From an uncultured Verrucomicrobiae bacterium (GTDB taxonomy: Bacteria > Verrucomicrobiota > Verrucomicrobiia > Chthoniobacterales > UBA10450): a DNA stretch of 64,000 nucleotides. The position numbers and the translations under genes are program-made. Positions 1 through 8,639 of the stretch are shown here, piece after piece; position 1 is the stretch's first letter, and every line of letters begins with the position of its first letter. Below the pieces are notes generated by a model. The model saw only the letters and a list, made by a program, of their open reading frames with translations. It searched no databases and was not told the DNA's origin. The stretch is from NCBI GenBank assembly GCA_963735805.1, contig CAVTMK010000002.1, forward strand, positions 32,001 through 96,000, given 5' to 3'.

Positions 1-412
1 GCTCTCGTTTTTTGCCGAGCAACTCTCAGGTTTGGCGAACCAACTGGTCATCGAATCGCAAAACATTGAGCCACCGCTCGTGCAAAAGGCGCGTGATTAC
101 ATCGACAAACACAAGATGGAGCCGCTTTCTTTGGACGCCGTCGCAAAAGCAGCAGGTGCAAGCGTCTTCCATTTTTGCAAAGTTTTCCACAAAGCGACCG
201 GCTTAAAGTTTACAGATTACGTCGCGCGGGTCCGGCTGGAAGACGCGCGCACACAGCTGCTGAATCCGAATCGGCGCATCAGCGAAGTCGCGTACGACGT
301 TGGCTTTCAATCGCTGACGCAATTCAATCGCGTTTTCAAGCGCGTGTTCGGGCAATCGCCGAGCAAGTTTCGCGAGCGGCTCGTTGCGAACCAGTCACGG
401 AAAATTGGATAA
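1..412 (+). CDS. AraC/XylS-family transcriptional regulator, 5'-truncated by window edge
   Basis: Frame open from position 2 (LSFFAEQLSGLANQLV...). Two HTH motifs: LSLDAVAKAAGASVFHFCKVFHK and ISEVAYDVGFQSLTQFNRVFKRVFGQSPSKFR. Confidence 0.93.
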   Translation, partial: LSFFAEQLSGLANQLVIESQNIEPPLVQKARDYIDKHKMEPLSLDAVAKAAGASVFHFCKVFHKATGLKFTDYVARVRLEDARTQLLNPNRRISEVAYDVGFQSLTQFNRVFKRVFGQSPSKFRERLVANQSRKIG

Positions 413-482
413 GAGCCGCAGCTACAGCTGGCGGACGTATAACTCGCGATCGTAGGGTTTGGTATTAAAAAACGGCGATTCG

Positions 483-1457
483 TCATTCAATCACCCCCAG
501 GCCTTTTCTGGTGGATTTAGCCACGCGCATACAACGCAGCTCACACTCCCCCCGTCCTAGGGCTAGCCACCGACTTTCAAATTCCACCCACCGCTGCTCC
601 TCGGGCAGCATGGTGTGGCTCACGGGAAATTCCATGATTTCGCAGGGCGCCACGAAATGGTTTGCAATGGAATAGACGGTTTCAGCTGGAACCACCGGAT
701 CATTGAGTCCCAGACCAATGAGCGTTTCGCAGGAAACCATCCCAGCGAAGTTCACCGCGTCGAAATAGCGGAGCACTAACATGATGTCTTCGGTGGCCTC
801 GGCACGCTCTTTAAGGTAATGCGCGATCTCCGCACCGGAACCAGATTTGACCAGGAAATATCGCCCCTCCGCCCATCCAAAGGTCGGCACGCCGAGCACA
901 AGAAGATCCGACGTGTCCCAAATCGCCTCCGCCATAAGGGCGAGTCCGCCCGCGAAGCTGAATCCATAAGTCAGATGTCGGGTGGTCTGTCCCGCGAAGA
1001 GATCGCGGGCCAGGTGCATCGTGCGGCCGTAGTCGCAAACCGCACCGCGCAGAATGGATGTCTCGGGCGACTCGATTCCAGTCAGCACATATCCCCAGGG
1101 CGAAGGGGCCGGGACGGCCGCCGCCGAGTGGCCAAAGCCACGAATGTCAATGCCAACCACATTGTATCCAGCCTGAGCCCATTTCCACTGGATCTCGCAC
1201 TGCGAATGGTAGCCGTGGCTATGCACAACAAGCGGGCGTGGCGCGCCATCCAGCCAGCCGAGGCTGTAGCCAGTGATTTCGACCGCGCCTAACGAATGAA
1301 ACGTGAACTGGCACAATTCAAGCGACGGGTGACTCTCGTAGGTCACGGGTATCCGGCGCACGCTTGGATCGATAGCATTCAGCTCCTCGCACGTCTTCGC
1401 CCAGAACGATTCGAAATCCGGGGGGCGGGTTAGAGGCGGGCGAATCTGGCGTTTCAT
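483..1457 (-). CDS. Acetylxylan esterase / cephalosporin-C deacetylase-like alpha/beta hydrolase (CE7-like)
   Basis: N-terminal RPPDFESFW, HGY, DIRG, nucleophile motif GFSFAGG, YFD, DPVVP and C-terminal His (VSH). Confidence 0.85.
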   Translation of the reverse strand: MKRQIRPPLTRPPDFESFWAKTCEELNAIDPSVRRIPVTYESHPSLELCQFTFHSLGAVEITGYSLGWLDGAPRPLVVHSHGYHSQCEIQWKWAQAGYNVVGIDIRGFGHSAAAVPAPSPWGYVLTGIESPETSILRGAVCDYGRTMHLARDLFAGQTTRHLTYGFSFAGGLALMAEAIWDTSDLLVLGVPTFGWAEGRYFLVKSGSGAEIAHYLKERAEATEDIMLVLRYFDAVNFAGMVSCETLIGLGLNDPVVPAETVYSIANHFVAPCEIMEFPVSHTMLPEEQRWVEFESRWLALGRGECELRCMRVAKSTRKGLGVIE

Positions 1458-1521
1458 GAGACGCGCACGACGGCTCGCGAGGTTGCAGGCGTCGTAGCCG
1501 CTCTTCTATACTCCGAACGCG

Positions 1522-2001
1522 ATGCATGTCGAACAGGTCGTCCAGATCCCATTTTTTCAAGGGCTCCCGGCCGAAGCGCTCCGGCAAGTCGCTGCCGACG
1601 CGACCGTGCTCAGATTGGAACGCGGTCGGATCCTCATGTCGCAGCATGACGCTGCCGAGCATCTGTTCTTTCTGATTTCCGGCGTGGTGCAGTTTTACAT
1701 TCATTTTCAAGGCGTGGACGATCTGCTCGTCGGGACAATCCGTGAGCGAGGCGCGTTGCTCGGCTGGTCGGTTTTCCGGAAGCCCTATCGCTACACGGTC
1801 ACTATCCGTTGCGAAGAGGATTGCCAGGTCATGCGCCTCCCTCGCGAAACCATCATGGAACTGGTGCAAACGCAGCCGCGTCTTGGCTACCTCCTGTTAA
1901 AGCGGGTTGCCGCGACCCTCGCCAATAGACTTGAACAGACGCGCGATATTCTCGTTAGCTCCGCGACCTCAGGCGTGATGCCGACGGTGGGCGCCACATG
2001 A
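1522..2001 (+). CDS. Stand-alone cyclic-nucleotide-binding (Crp-type cNMP) domain protein
   Basis: IPFFQGL start, LFFLISGVV, LLGWSVF..PYRYTVT; no C-terminal HTH. Confidence 0.85.
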   Translation: MHVEQVVQIPFFQGLPAEALRQVAADATVLRLERGRILMSQHDAAEHLFFLISGVVQFYIHFQGVDDLLVGTIRERGALLGWSVFRKPYRYTVTIRCEEDCQVMRLPRETIMELVQTQPRLGYLLLKRVAATLANRLEQTRDILVSSATSGVMPTVGAT

Positions 2002-3503
2002 AATCAACCATCGAACTGATTCGGGAATCACCATTCTTCGAGACCTTCCCGTCCGAAGACATCGACGCGCTTGCCGCGCACGCGGGAATGCAAAGCGTCG
2101 CGGCCGGCGACGTAATCCTGCGGGAGAACGATCCGGCCGACGCGCTCTACATGATGGTGGCTGGCCAGGTGCGCCTCTCGTTCGAGATGGCCGAGGCACA
2201 TACCAGATCGCGTACGTCAGAAGAAGATCGCATTCTTATCCGGACGCTGACGGAACCAGGGCGGATCATTGGGTGGTCGGCGATGGTCGAGCCATATCAT
2301 TATCGCGCCACGGCGACGGCCATCGAGAACACCCACCTGCTGGTATTCGAACGTTCATGGCTGGAGCGACGCGCGGAAGAGTTGCCTGAGTTTGGAGTGC
2401 AACTAATGACGCGGATCCTCTGGGTGCTCGGCAACCGGTTACGAGAGGCGCGCATCCGGCTCGTGGCCAGCCGGTATGAGGAGGAAGCGCTTGCCATTCG
2501 CGCGCTAATCGAGGAAAGCGGCTCCGAGCTCAGCGTCACATCGCCCCTGCACAAGCTGCCCATTTATCTCGAGCGTAGGCTTACTCTGTCCGATGCCTTT
2601 CAAACGCTCGAGCTGCTCCGCCACCATGGCGACCCACTTGAGGCCAGTCTCGCGCGGATGTGCCTTGAAATTCTGAAGAACGTCCGCAAAGAACTTGATG
2701 TCTATCGGCGACTCCAGCAAATCTACGAAGCGGTGAGCGCGGCGCCGGAAGACACAACGCCAGAAGAGGTGAGGCGGCGCTGCTGCGTGGAATTCTGCCG
2801 GCTGTTCGAGCGCGTCGATTACATCATTGAGGGAGAAGAAAACCTACCCGCCGAGGCGGGGCACATCTTCGTCATGAACCACCTCGCTAATCATCCCGAG
2901 AACACGTTGCCTAACGATTTCCAGCTCACGCTCGACACACATTTTGTCTCCTGCATGGTGCTCAGCCCGAAGTATGGCGAGCCGCCGGTTCGCGTCATTC
3001 GCAAGTCGAACCCTCACGAATACGGCCACCAGAAGTATTTCGATCGTCTGGGATACATCTATGTCTATGCAAAACATGTCGATGAAGACGAACGCAACCC
3101 GCAGTTGCTGGCGGAGCAGCGGCGGCGGGTTTTCCTAGAAACCGCCGCCCGCTGCCTTCGCGACGGTCGGAACCTTGTAATCTGTCCCGAAGGAGCATCC
3201 ACCTCGACCGAACGCTCCCCGCTGCCGTTTAAAGCGGGGGCTTTCCGCCTCGCGGCCTTCGTCGACTCCGAACCATTGATCGTACCGGTAGTGGTGGCGC
3301 ATTTCGATCGCAAGATCACGCGGACCACTCTCATCGCGTGCGTGCACAAACCCTTCCTCCTGTCCGATCACGTTGCGAAGCCGGTGCAGGATGAAGCGCT
3401 CTTCGCGTTCATCGCCGAGTTCGGGGAGAAAATGCGCGCCTGGGTGCACGACGCTGCCGCTCGCGCCGCGGTCGGGGCGACACCTCGCTCCAGCATCTCG
3501 TAG
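1998..3503 (+). CDS. cNMP-binding domain fused to PlsC-like (lysophospholipid) acyltransferase domain
   Basis: N-terminal cNMP domain (SPFFETF, LYMMVAGQV, IIGWSAMVEPYHY). C-terminal HIFVMNH, ICPEGAST, PFKAGAFRLA, IVPVVV acyltransferase motifs. ATGA overlap with upstream gene. Confidence 0.8.
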   Translation: MKSTIELIRESPFFETFPSEDIDALAAHAGMQSVAAGDVILRENDPADALYMMVAGQVRLSFEMAEAHTRSRTSEEDRILIRTLTEPGRIIGWSAMVEPYHYRATATAIENTHLLVFERSWLERRAEELPEFGVQLMTRILWVLGNRLREARIRLVASRYEEEALAIRALIEESGSELSVTSPLHKLPIYLERRLTLSDAFQTLELLRHHGDPLEASLARMCLEILKNVRKELDVYRRLQQIYEAVSAAPEDTTPEEVRRRCCVEFCRLFERVDYIIEGEENLPAEAGHIFVMNHLANHPENTLPNDFQLTLDTHFVSCMVLSPKYGEPPVRVIRKSNPHEYGHQKYFDRLGYIYVYAKHVDEDERNPQLLAEQRRRVFLETAARCLRDGRNLVICPEGASTSTERSPLPFKAGAFRLAAFVDSEPLIVPVVVAHFDRKITRTTLIACVHKPFLLSDHVAKPVQDEALFAFIAEFGEKMRAWVHDAAARAAVGATPRSSIS

Positions 3504-3656
3504 CGCTGGCCTCGCGCTTATCGACACAACGCAATCACGACGGCGAAGACCAGGTATAGGCCAATCAGGATGGTCCAACCTACGCGATGCAATCGTGCAT
3601 CGGCAATCGGCCTAACGACTAATCGTTTCGTCGATCTTGTTCTTCCTATAATTTTT

Positions 3657-3734
3657 CTTCACCTCGTTTCCGATGAATCGAAGTTCGTGACAAGAAGCGA
3701 GCTGGTGATCGACGGCGGCTACACGGCGCGGTAG
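3657..3734 (+). pseudogene. C-terminal remnant of a short-chain dehydrogenase/reductase (SDR)
   Basis: Translates LHLVSDESKFVTRSELVIDGGYTAR*, the typical SDR C-terminus (FLASDES.FVTG.EL.IDGG); no upstream body. Confidence 0.75.
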
Positions 3735-3956
3735 AGGCCCCTTAGTAACCACCCAATTCGTTGATTTCCGACGACGTTCCTGATGGAGAGCAAGAGGGAA
3801 CAGCCGGGCTTCTTTCGAAAAACTGTTTAAGGGGCCAGTCCGGCGAGGATGTGTGTCAAACGACCGACGAGGAAATTCGGATACTCCCATCCAAGCCACT
3901 AACCGCCAAATCGTTTTAGCGGTAATGGACGCTGGGTCGCAGTTCGATGCGACTGC

Positions 3957-3986
3957 CAAGAATTGCGCTGTTCTTCGCAAGATTTG
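3957..3986 (+). promoter_or_regulatory. Putative activator site (CAA-N5-G x2, 21-bp period) upstream of CBS gene
   Basis: CAAGAATTG at 3957, CAAGATTTG at 3978; CAAATT at 4013. Confidence 0.7.
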
Positions 3987-4041
3987 CCGAGCGGGATTGC
4001 CACGTCTGATCTCAAATTGAAATTAAGAAAGGCAAAATAAC

Positions 4042-4539
4042 ATGAAAGTACAAGACGTAATGACATATGAAGTGCAGACTTGCCGTCCTGAAACCAATCT
4101 GGCCGATGCAGCGATGCGGATGTGGCGAGGCGATTGCGGTATCCTGCCGGTAGTGACCGACGGTCAGAAAGTCGTCGGTGTGATCACCGATCGGGATATT
4201 TGCATGGCCGCTGCGACCAAACGTCGCGACCTTACGCAAATCCGCGTTAAAGAGGTGATCTCCGGAAAGGTTTACGGCTGCTCGTCGGATAGCGACATTC
4301 ACGAGGCGCTCAAAATCATGCAACAGAAACAGGTGCGGCGGCTGCCGATCATCAGTGCCGAAGACGGAAGACTCGAAGGCATATTGTCGATGAACGATGT
4401 CGCGCTCAAAGCCGAAGGAGGTCGAGACGCTCAACTCTCGGCCCAGGATGTGGAGACGACGCTGCGAGGTATCTGCGCGCATCGGGAGCTTCCATTGGCC
4501 AGGCCTATGCAACAATCGGTCGCGCAAAGCGCGGCCTAG
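4042..4539 (+). CDS. CBS domain pair protein
   Basis: MKVQDVMT, CGILPVV, VVGVITDRDI, QVRRLPII, GILSMND; RBS-like AGAAAGG upstream. Confidence 0.92.
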   Translation: MKVQDVMTYEVQTCRPETNLADAAMRMWRGDCGILPVVTDGQKVVGVITDRDICMAAATKRRDLTQIRVKEVISGKVYGCSSDSDIHEALKIMQQKQVRRLPIISAEDGRLEGILSMNDVALKAEGGRDAQLSAQDVETTLRGICAHRELPLARPMQQSVAQSAA

Positions 4540-4568
4540 AACCGCAAACGGAGACAACGGAGCAACCT

Positions 4569-5030
4569 ATGAAATCACATCAACCCGACGTTTTCGGAAC
4601 CACACTGGCAAAAACAAATTTGTGGCTCGAGCAAATGAGCGATGCACTTCATTGGGACGATCATCACAAGGCGTATCACGGACTGCGCGCGGTGCTGCAT
4701 GCGTTGCGAGACCGTTTGCCTGTTCCGGAAGCGGTCCATCTTGGCGCGCAACTGCCGATGTTAGTACGCGGGTTCTACTATGACGGTTGGAAACCGACTT
4801 CCACGCCGGTGAAGTTCAAAACAGCACAGGAGTTTTACGATGCCGTAAAAGCAAATTTTACCGCCGATCAAAACATCAATCCCAAACGCCTGACGGAGGC
4901 CGTGCTGCGATTGCTTACCAGACATATCACGCCCGGTGAGCTGGCGAAGTTGCGCTCAATTTTTCCGCCTCATCTTCGCGAGATCTGGCTCGGAGCGGAA
5001 CAAACCGTCGATCTTTCCGAGTATGTATGA
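4569..5030 (+). CDS. DUF2267-like protein
   Basis: TNLWL...LRAVLHALRDRLP..EAVHLGAQLPMLVRGFYYDGW pattern. Confidence 0.85.
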   Translation: MKSHQPDVFGTTLAKTNLWLEQMSDALHWDDHHKAYHGLRAVLHALRDRLPVPEAVHLGAQLPMLVRGFYYDGWKPTSTPVKFKTAQEFYDAVKANFTADQNINPKRLTEAVLRLLTRHITPGELAKLRSIFPPHLREIWLGAEQTVDLSEYV

Positions 5031-5440
5031 CTGCAGCGTCGCTGATCATTGTAGCTGATCGCGGTAGCCTGCGCGCATACGGCGTGGAGCAAACGCCCAC
5101 ACGCGGGCCTCACCTCAGACTGGTGCAGGCGTTTGAAGTCACTGATGTCATAAACGCTCCGAGCACGCGGCACACCACGCCAATGACCGATTGGCCTCAA
5201 CTGGAGGCAGAAATGGATCACCAAATTTGCAGGGAACTCGCGGCCGAGATTGCGAAAATTGCTGAGCGCAGTCCCGGTGAAGGCTGGTCGCTTGCCGCTC
5301 CAGCGTCGATTCACGCAGCGATTGTCGATCTTCTGCCATTGGAAATCCGGGAACGCATCGTGGAGCACTTGAAATCCGACCTGGTTAAGATTGAGCCCGC
5401 GAAGCTACCCGAACATTTTCGATCGCTTCAACCAATCTAA
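5027..5440 (+). CDS. Host-attachment family (release-factor-like fold) protein
   Basis: IIVADRG.LRAY start, WSLAAP, C-terminal DLVK; ATGA coupling to upstream gene. Confidence 0.7.
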   Translation: MTAASLIIVADRGSLRAYGVEQTPTRGPHLRLVQAFEVTDVINAPSTRHTTPMTDWPQLEAEMDHQICRELAAEIAKIAERSPGEGWSLAAPASIHAAIVDLLPLEIRERIVEHLKSDLVKIEPAKLPEHFRSLQPI

Positions 5441-5508
5441 TTCGCACAGGTGCCTCAGAAACAGTTCAAACGTAATCAACGAAAACAAGATGAGAATGGA
5501 TAAACCTT

Positions 5509-5742
5509 ATGGCTAAATGCGAACATTGCGGAAACGAATATGACAAGGCATTCGAGGTTAGCTTTCAGGGAAAAATGCATGTCTTCGACAGCTTCGAGTG
5601 TGCGATTCAGGCGATGGCGCCGGAATGCAATCATTGCCATTGCAAAATTATTGGCCACGGCGTGGAAAACGGCGGCCAAATATTTTGTTGCGCCAATTGC
5701 GCGCGCGAGCGTGGTGAAAACCGGCTGCGCGATCGGATCTAA
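5509..5742 (+). CDS. Small Cys-rich metal-binding (metallothionein/TRASH-like) protein
   Basis: CEHC..YDKAF..FDSFECAI..CNHCHC..GHG..FCCANCA; paralog at 58697-58930. Confidence 0.8.
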   Translation: MAKCEHCGNEYDKAFEVSFQGKMHVFDSFECAIQAMAPECNHCHCKIIGHGVENGGQIFCCANCARERGENRLRDRI

Positions 5743-5802
5743 ATCAGTTTAAGTTTTCTGACAAAGCTCCAGGCACCGCGACGACAGTTTTCACCGAGTG
5801 AT

Positions 5803-6765
5803 ATGACAGAGGCAACTTCCACAACAGGTTCCGGCTCGCAGCTGGAGTTCAAGATCGAAAGAATTCTGGTACCGCTGGATTTCTCTCCCGCATCAATGGA
5901 AGCGCTGGAGTACGCTATTTCGCTGGCGAAACAATTTCGAGCCGCCATTCATCTTGTGCATGTGTACCCACCTGATGAGGCTGCTTCAATGCCGGGCGCA
6001 GCGCATCTCTTACTGCAATCAGCCGAAGCGATCGAGCGTCTAAATGAGGAATTAACTGGGATTCATCGCAAGCGGGTTGAGCCGTTTTGTCCGGAGAATT
6101 GTCACGTTCGCAGCGGTCGACCATACGAGCAGATTATCCGTTTGGCTCGCGAGATTGCTGCTGACTTAATCGTTCTTTCGACGCGCGGCCATAGCGGCCT
6201 CAAGCATCTTTTACTTGGCAGCACAGCGGAACGAGTCGTCCGCAGCGCCCCGTGCCCCGTGCTTGTCGCGCGGAAACGGAAACGAAGATCGAAGGCGAGG
6301 CCCGAAGCATTCGCCATCCGCACCATCCTGGTTCCGACGGATTTCTCGCAGTGTGCGCTCGCGGGAGCCGAGTACGCAGCGTTTTTGGCAAGGACGCTTG
6401 GTGCCACGCTCCGTCTCTTTCACGCGATCTATCCCTATACAAATTACGTGTTCGTTGACCGTGCCGGCGTCCGTCTCTCCGGGCTGGTTGAAGCGGTGGA
6501 AGAAACAGCTCGACAGGAAATGGACGCACTCAAACAGATGAATTTTTTGAGCGGTCTGCCCGTTCAAACCCAGACTCTTCCGGGTCACGCAGTGGACGAG
6601 ATCTGCGCCGCAGCGAGCCAGCCGAATGTGGATCTCATCGTTACTTCCACCCATGGCCGCACAGGATTCAAACATGCGGTCATCGGGAGCGTGGCTGAAC
6701 ATGTCGTCCGCTACGCCGATTGTTCAGTCCTGGTTATTCCCAGCCGCTCTCACCCCAAATCCTGA
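5803..6765 (+). CDS. Universal stress protein, tandem USP domains
   Basis: Two ILVP.DFS ... DLIV..T.G..G....LLGS.AE.VVR...C.VLV repeats. Confidence 0.95.
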   Translation: MTEATSTTGSGSQLEFKIERILVPLDFSPASMEALEYAISLAKQFRAAIHLVHVYPPDEAASMPGAAHLLLQSAEAIERLNEELTGIHRKRVEPFCPENCHVRSGRPYEQIIRLAREIAADLIVLSTRGHSGLKHLLLGSTAERVVRSAPCPVLVARKRKRRSKARPEAFAIRTILVPTDFSQCALAGAEYAAFLARTLGATLRLFHAIYPYTNYVFVDRAGVRLSGLVEAVEETARQEMDALKQMNFLSGLPVQTQTLPGHAVDEICAAASQPNVDLIVTSTHGRTGFKHAVIGSVAEHVVRYADCSVLVIPSRSHPKS

Positions 6766-6850
6766 TCTTTCGGTGCCAGCTTGCAACGGACGGGTTTGCG
6801 TTTTGGCATGCGGCCGTATTTCGCCGCTGTTTCATTCTGGGGGCCCTGCA

Positions 6851-6880
6851 CAAGAATTGGACAATCCTTCGCAAAATCCG
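6851..6880 (+). promoter_or_regulatory. Putative activator site (21-bp period) upstream of hypothetical gene
   Basis: CAAGAATTG at 6851, CAAAATCCG at 6872; no clear -10 hexamer at the usual spacing. Confidence 0.62.
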
Positions 6881-6931
6881 GCAAGTGATTGGCGGAAGGC
6901 ATTGTCTATTTGCGTTCGAGCGGCACGACAA

Positions 6932-7333
6932 ATGAATTCCTCACCACGGCAAAAGCGGAAACCAGGCAGCGCCAGCGAAGAAACCGTATTCGAATTTCAG
7001 AACCTCGAAATCACGCGAGACGTGCTGGTGATACATTTCTTCAAAGAGAAGACCATCATTCCTCTGAAAGACATCGCCTCGTACCATTTCGACTGGTATC
7101 TGCATGACCCGACTTTTGCGAAGAAGTGGTGGTTCCTTGTCTTGATAGTAAGGCTTAAAAACGGCGACGAGGAAGGGGGCCACATCACGACCGTCAAATT
7201 CAATTATCTCAGCGACGACTCCGAATTGCGAAAAGAGATCGAAACTAAAATCTCGCGCGCAATAGACACTGCGCTTTCGCGCGCAAGCATCGCGACAAAA
7301 AACGATTCCTGTGCAGCAACACGCAACGAGTGA
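6932..7333 (+). CDS. Hypothetical protein
   Basis: Likely start is ATG 6932; the longer ORF from 6626 overlaps the USP gene. Protein-like composition, preceded by the shared motif. Confidence 0.6.
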   Translation: MNSSPRQKRKPGSASEETVFEFQNLEITRDVLVIHFFKEKTIIPLKDIASYHFDWYLHDPTFAKKWWFLVLIVRLKNGDEEGGHITTVKFNYLSDDSELRKEIETKISRAIDTALSRASIATKNDSCAATRNE

Positions 7334-7468
7334 GGTTCGGTCGAGCGGAGCGAGAAGCGGAAGTGAATTTTATCGCCATCAAAATGCTGCTCGACGGCCG
7401 GGCCAAGATCCACAGAGTTTATATGGATTGATGCGTATTTCGGAGTCGAATTCAAACAACTCGCTGCA

Positions 7469-7498
7469 CAAGAAACGAACTACTTTTCACAAGCAATG
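7469..7498 (+). promoter_or_regulatory. Putative activator site (21-bp period), apparently leaderless promoter of USP gene
   Basis: CAAGAAACG at 7469, CAAGCAATG at 7490, CATTTT at 7524, ATG at 7536. Confidence 0.72.
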
Positions 7499-7535
7499 AC
7501 ATGCTGACCTCTGCGAAACCAAGCATTTTCGACTC

Positions 7536-8639
7536 ATGAAAAAACTGAGCATTGGAAACATTCTGGTGCCGATCGATTTCTCGAAGATGTCGATCCAGGC
7601 TATCGAAACTGCGAAAGGCTTGGCCCAGCCCTTTGGTGCCACCATCCATCTTGTGCACGTTCATCACTGGCAGTACTCCGCCGATTTTGTGGGACCGGTC
7701 ATCTCATCGGGATTTTTGCCCGCATCGTTCGAAGAGCATCGCAATAAACACTTGGCTGAGGAGTTCAAGACAATCGCCAGCAAAGCTCGATTATCCCCAC
7801 GCGATAAAACCCACCTGAGAACAGGCGCCTCTGCATTTCAGGAGATTTGCACGCTGGCCCGGCAAATTCCCGCCGATCTGATCGTCATGCCGACACACGG
7901 CTACACCGGGATCAAGCATGTGTTCCTCGGGAGCACGACGGAACGCGTCGTGCAGCATGCGCCCTGCCCAGTATTTGTTGTGCGACAACTCGGCAAACGG
8001 CCGGCCGAAGAAAAGTTTCGCTACAAGAAGGTTCTCGTACCGGTCGATTTCTCCGATTGCTCGCAGAAAGCGCTCCAGTACGCCATCGGGTTCGCGAATG
8101 AATTTGGGGCCGAGATCGTTTTGCTGCATGCCACTTACCTCGGTTACATCTATTCCGCCGAGGGCACGGCCCTGTATGACATTCCAGGCTTGCAAAAGGC
8201 TGCTCGCAAAGAAGCCGAGCACCAAATGCAAACGCTTGTCCGGGCGGCAAAGTTTGGACAAGTAAAATTTGAGACGGTCTTTACCGAGGCCTCGCCTGTC
8301 TTGGATATTTGCGCCTTTGCAAAACACCACGACGTCGATCTGATTATTACGTCGACGCACGGGGTGACCGGTTTCGAGCATGTCTTAATTGGGAGCATCG
8401 CAGAGAAAGTGGTCCGACATGCGCCCTGTTCCGTTCTGGTCGTGCCATCGCACCTTCGGATCAGAGCGGCGAATCTGGCAAAAACGCCCGGCACCAGGAC
8501 CCGCGCAGCAGGCCAACAGCAACCACCCAAATCATCGAGAGGCAAAGCGCTCACGAAAAAAGATCGAAGGCTCGTTGCGAATGCCTTTCCCGAGCGCCGC
8601 AAAACGAACAAGTTTCGCGAATCGCATTTCGGTCGATGA
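7536..8639 (+). CDS. Universal stress protein, tandem USP domains with basic C-terminal tail
   Basis: ILVPIDFS...FLGSTTERVVQHAPCPV and VLVPVDFS...LIGSIAEKVVRHAPCSVLVV. Confidence 0.95.
   Translation: MKKLSIGNILVPIDFSKMSIQAIETAKGLAQPFGATIHLVHVHHWQYSADFVGPVISSGFLPASFEEHRNKHLAEEFKTIASKARLSPRDKTHLRTGASAFQEICTLARQIPADLIVMPTHGYTGIKHVFLGSTTERVVQHAPCPVFVVRQLGKRPAEEKFRYKKVLVPVDFSDCSQKALQYAIGFANEFGAEIVLLHATYLGYIYSAEGTALYDIPGLQKAARKEAEHQMQTLVRAAKFGQVKFETVFTEASPVLDICAFAKHHDVDLIITSTHGVTGFEHVLIGSIAEKVVRHAPCSVLVVPSHLRIRAANLAKTPGTRTRAAGQQQPPKSSRGKALTKKDRRLVANAFPERRKTNKFRESHFGR

Noticed and set aside
3612..3980. 122-aa minus-strand ORF
   Set aside because: No recognisable motif; overlaps the SDR remnant and the promoter site on the other strand.
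8309..8635. Long N-terminal extensions of track ORFs (also those starting at 6626, 10897, 12759, 14050, 54423, 55376)
   Set aside because: They overlap upstream genes; family similarity begins at downstream starts.
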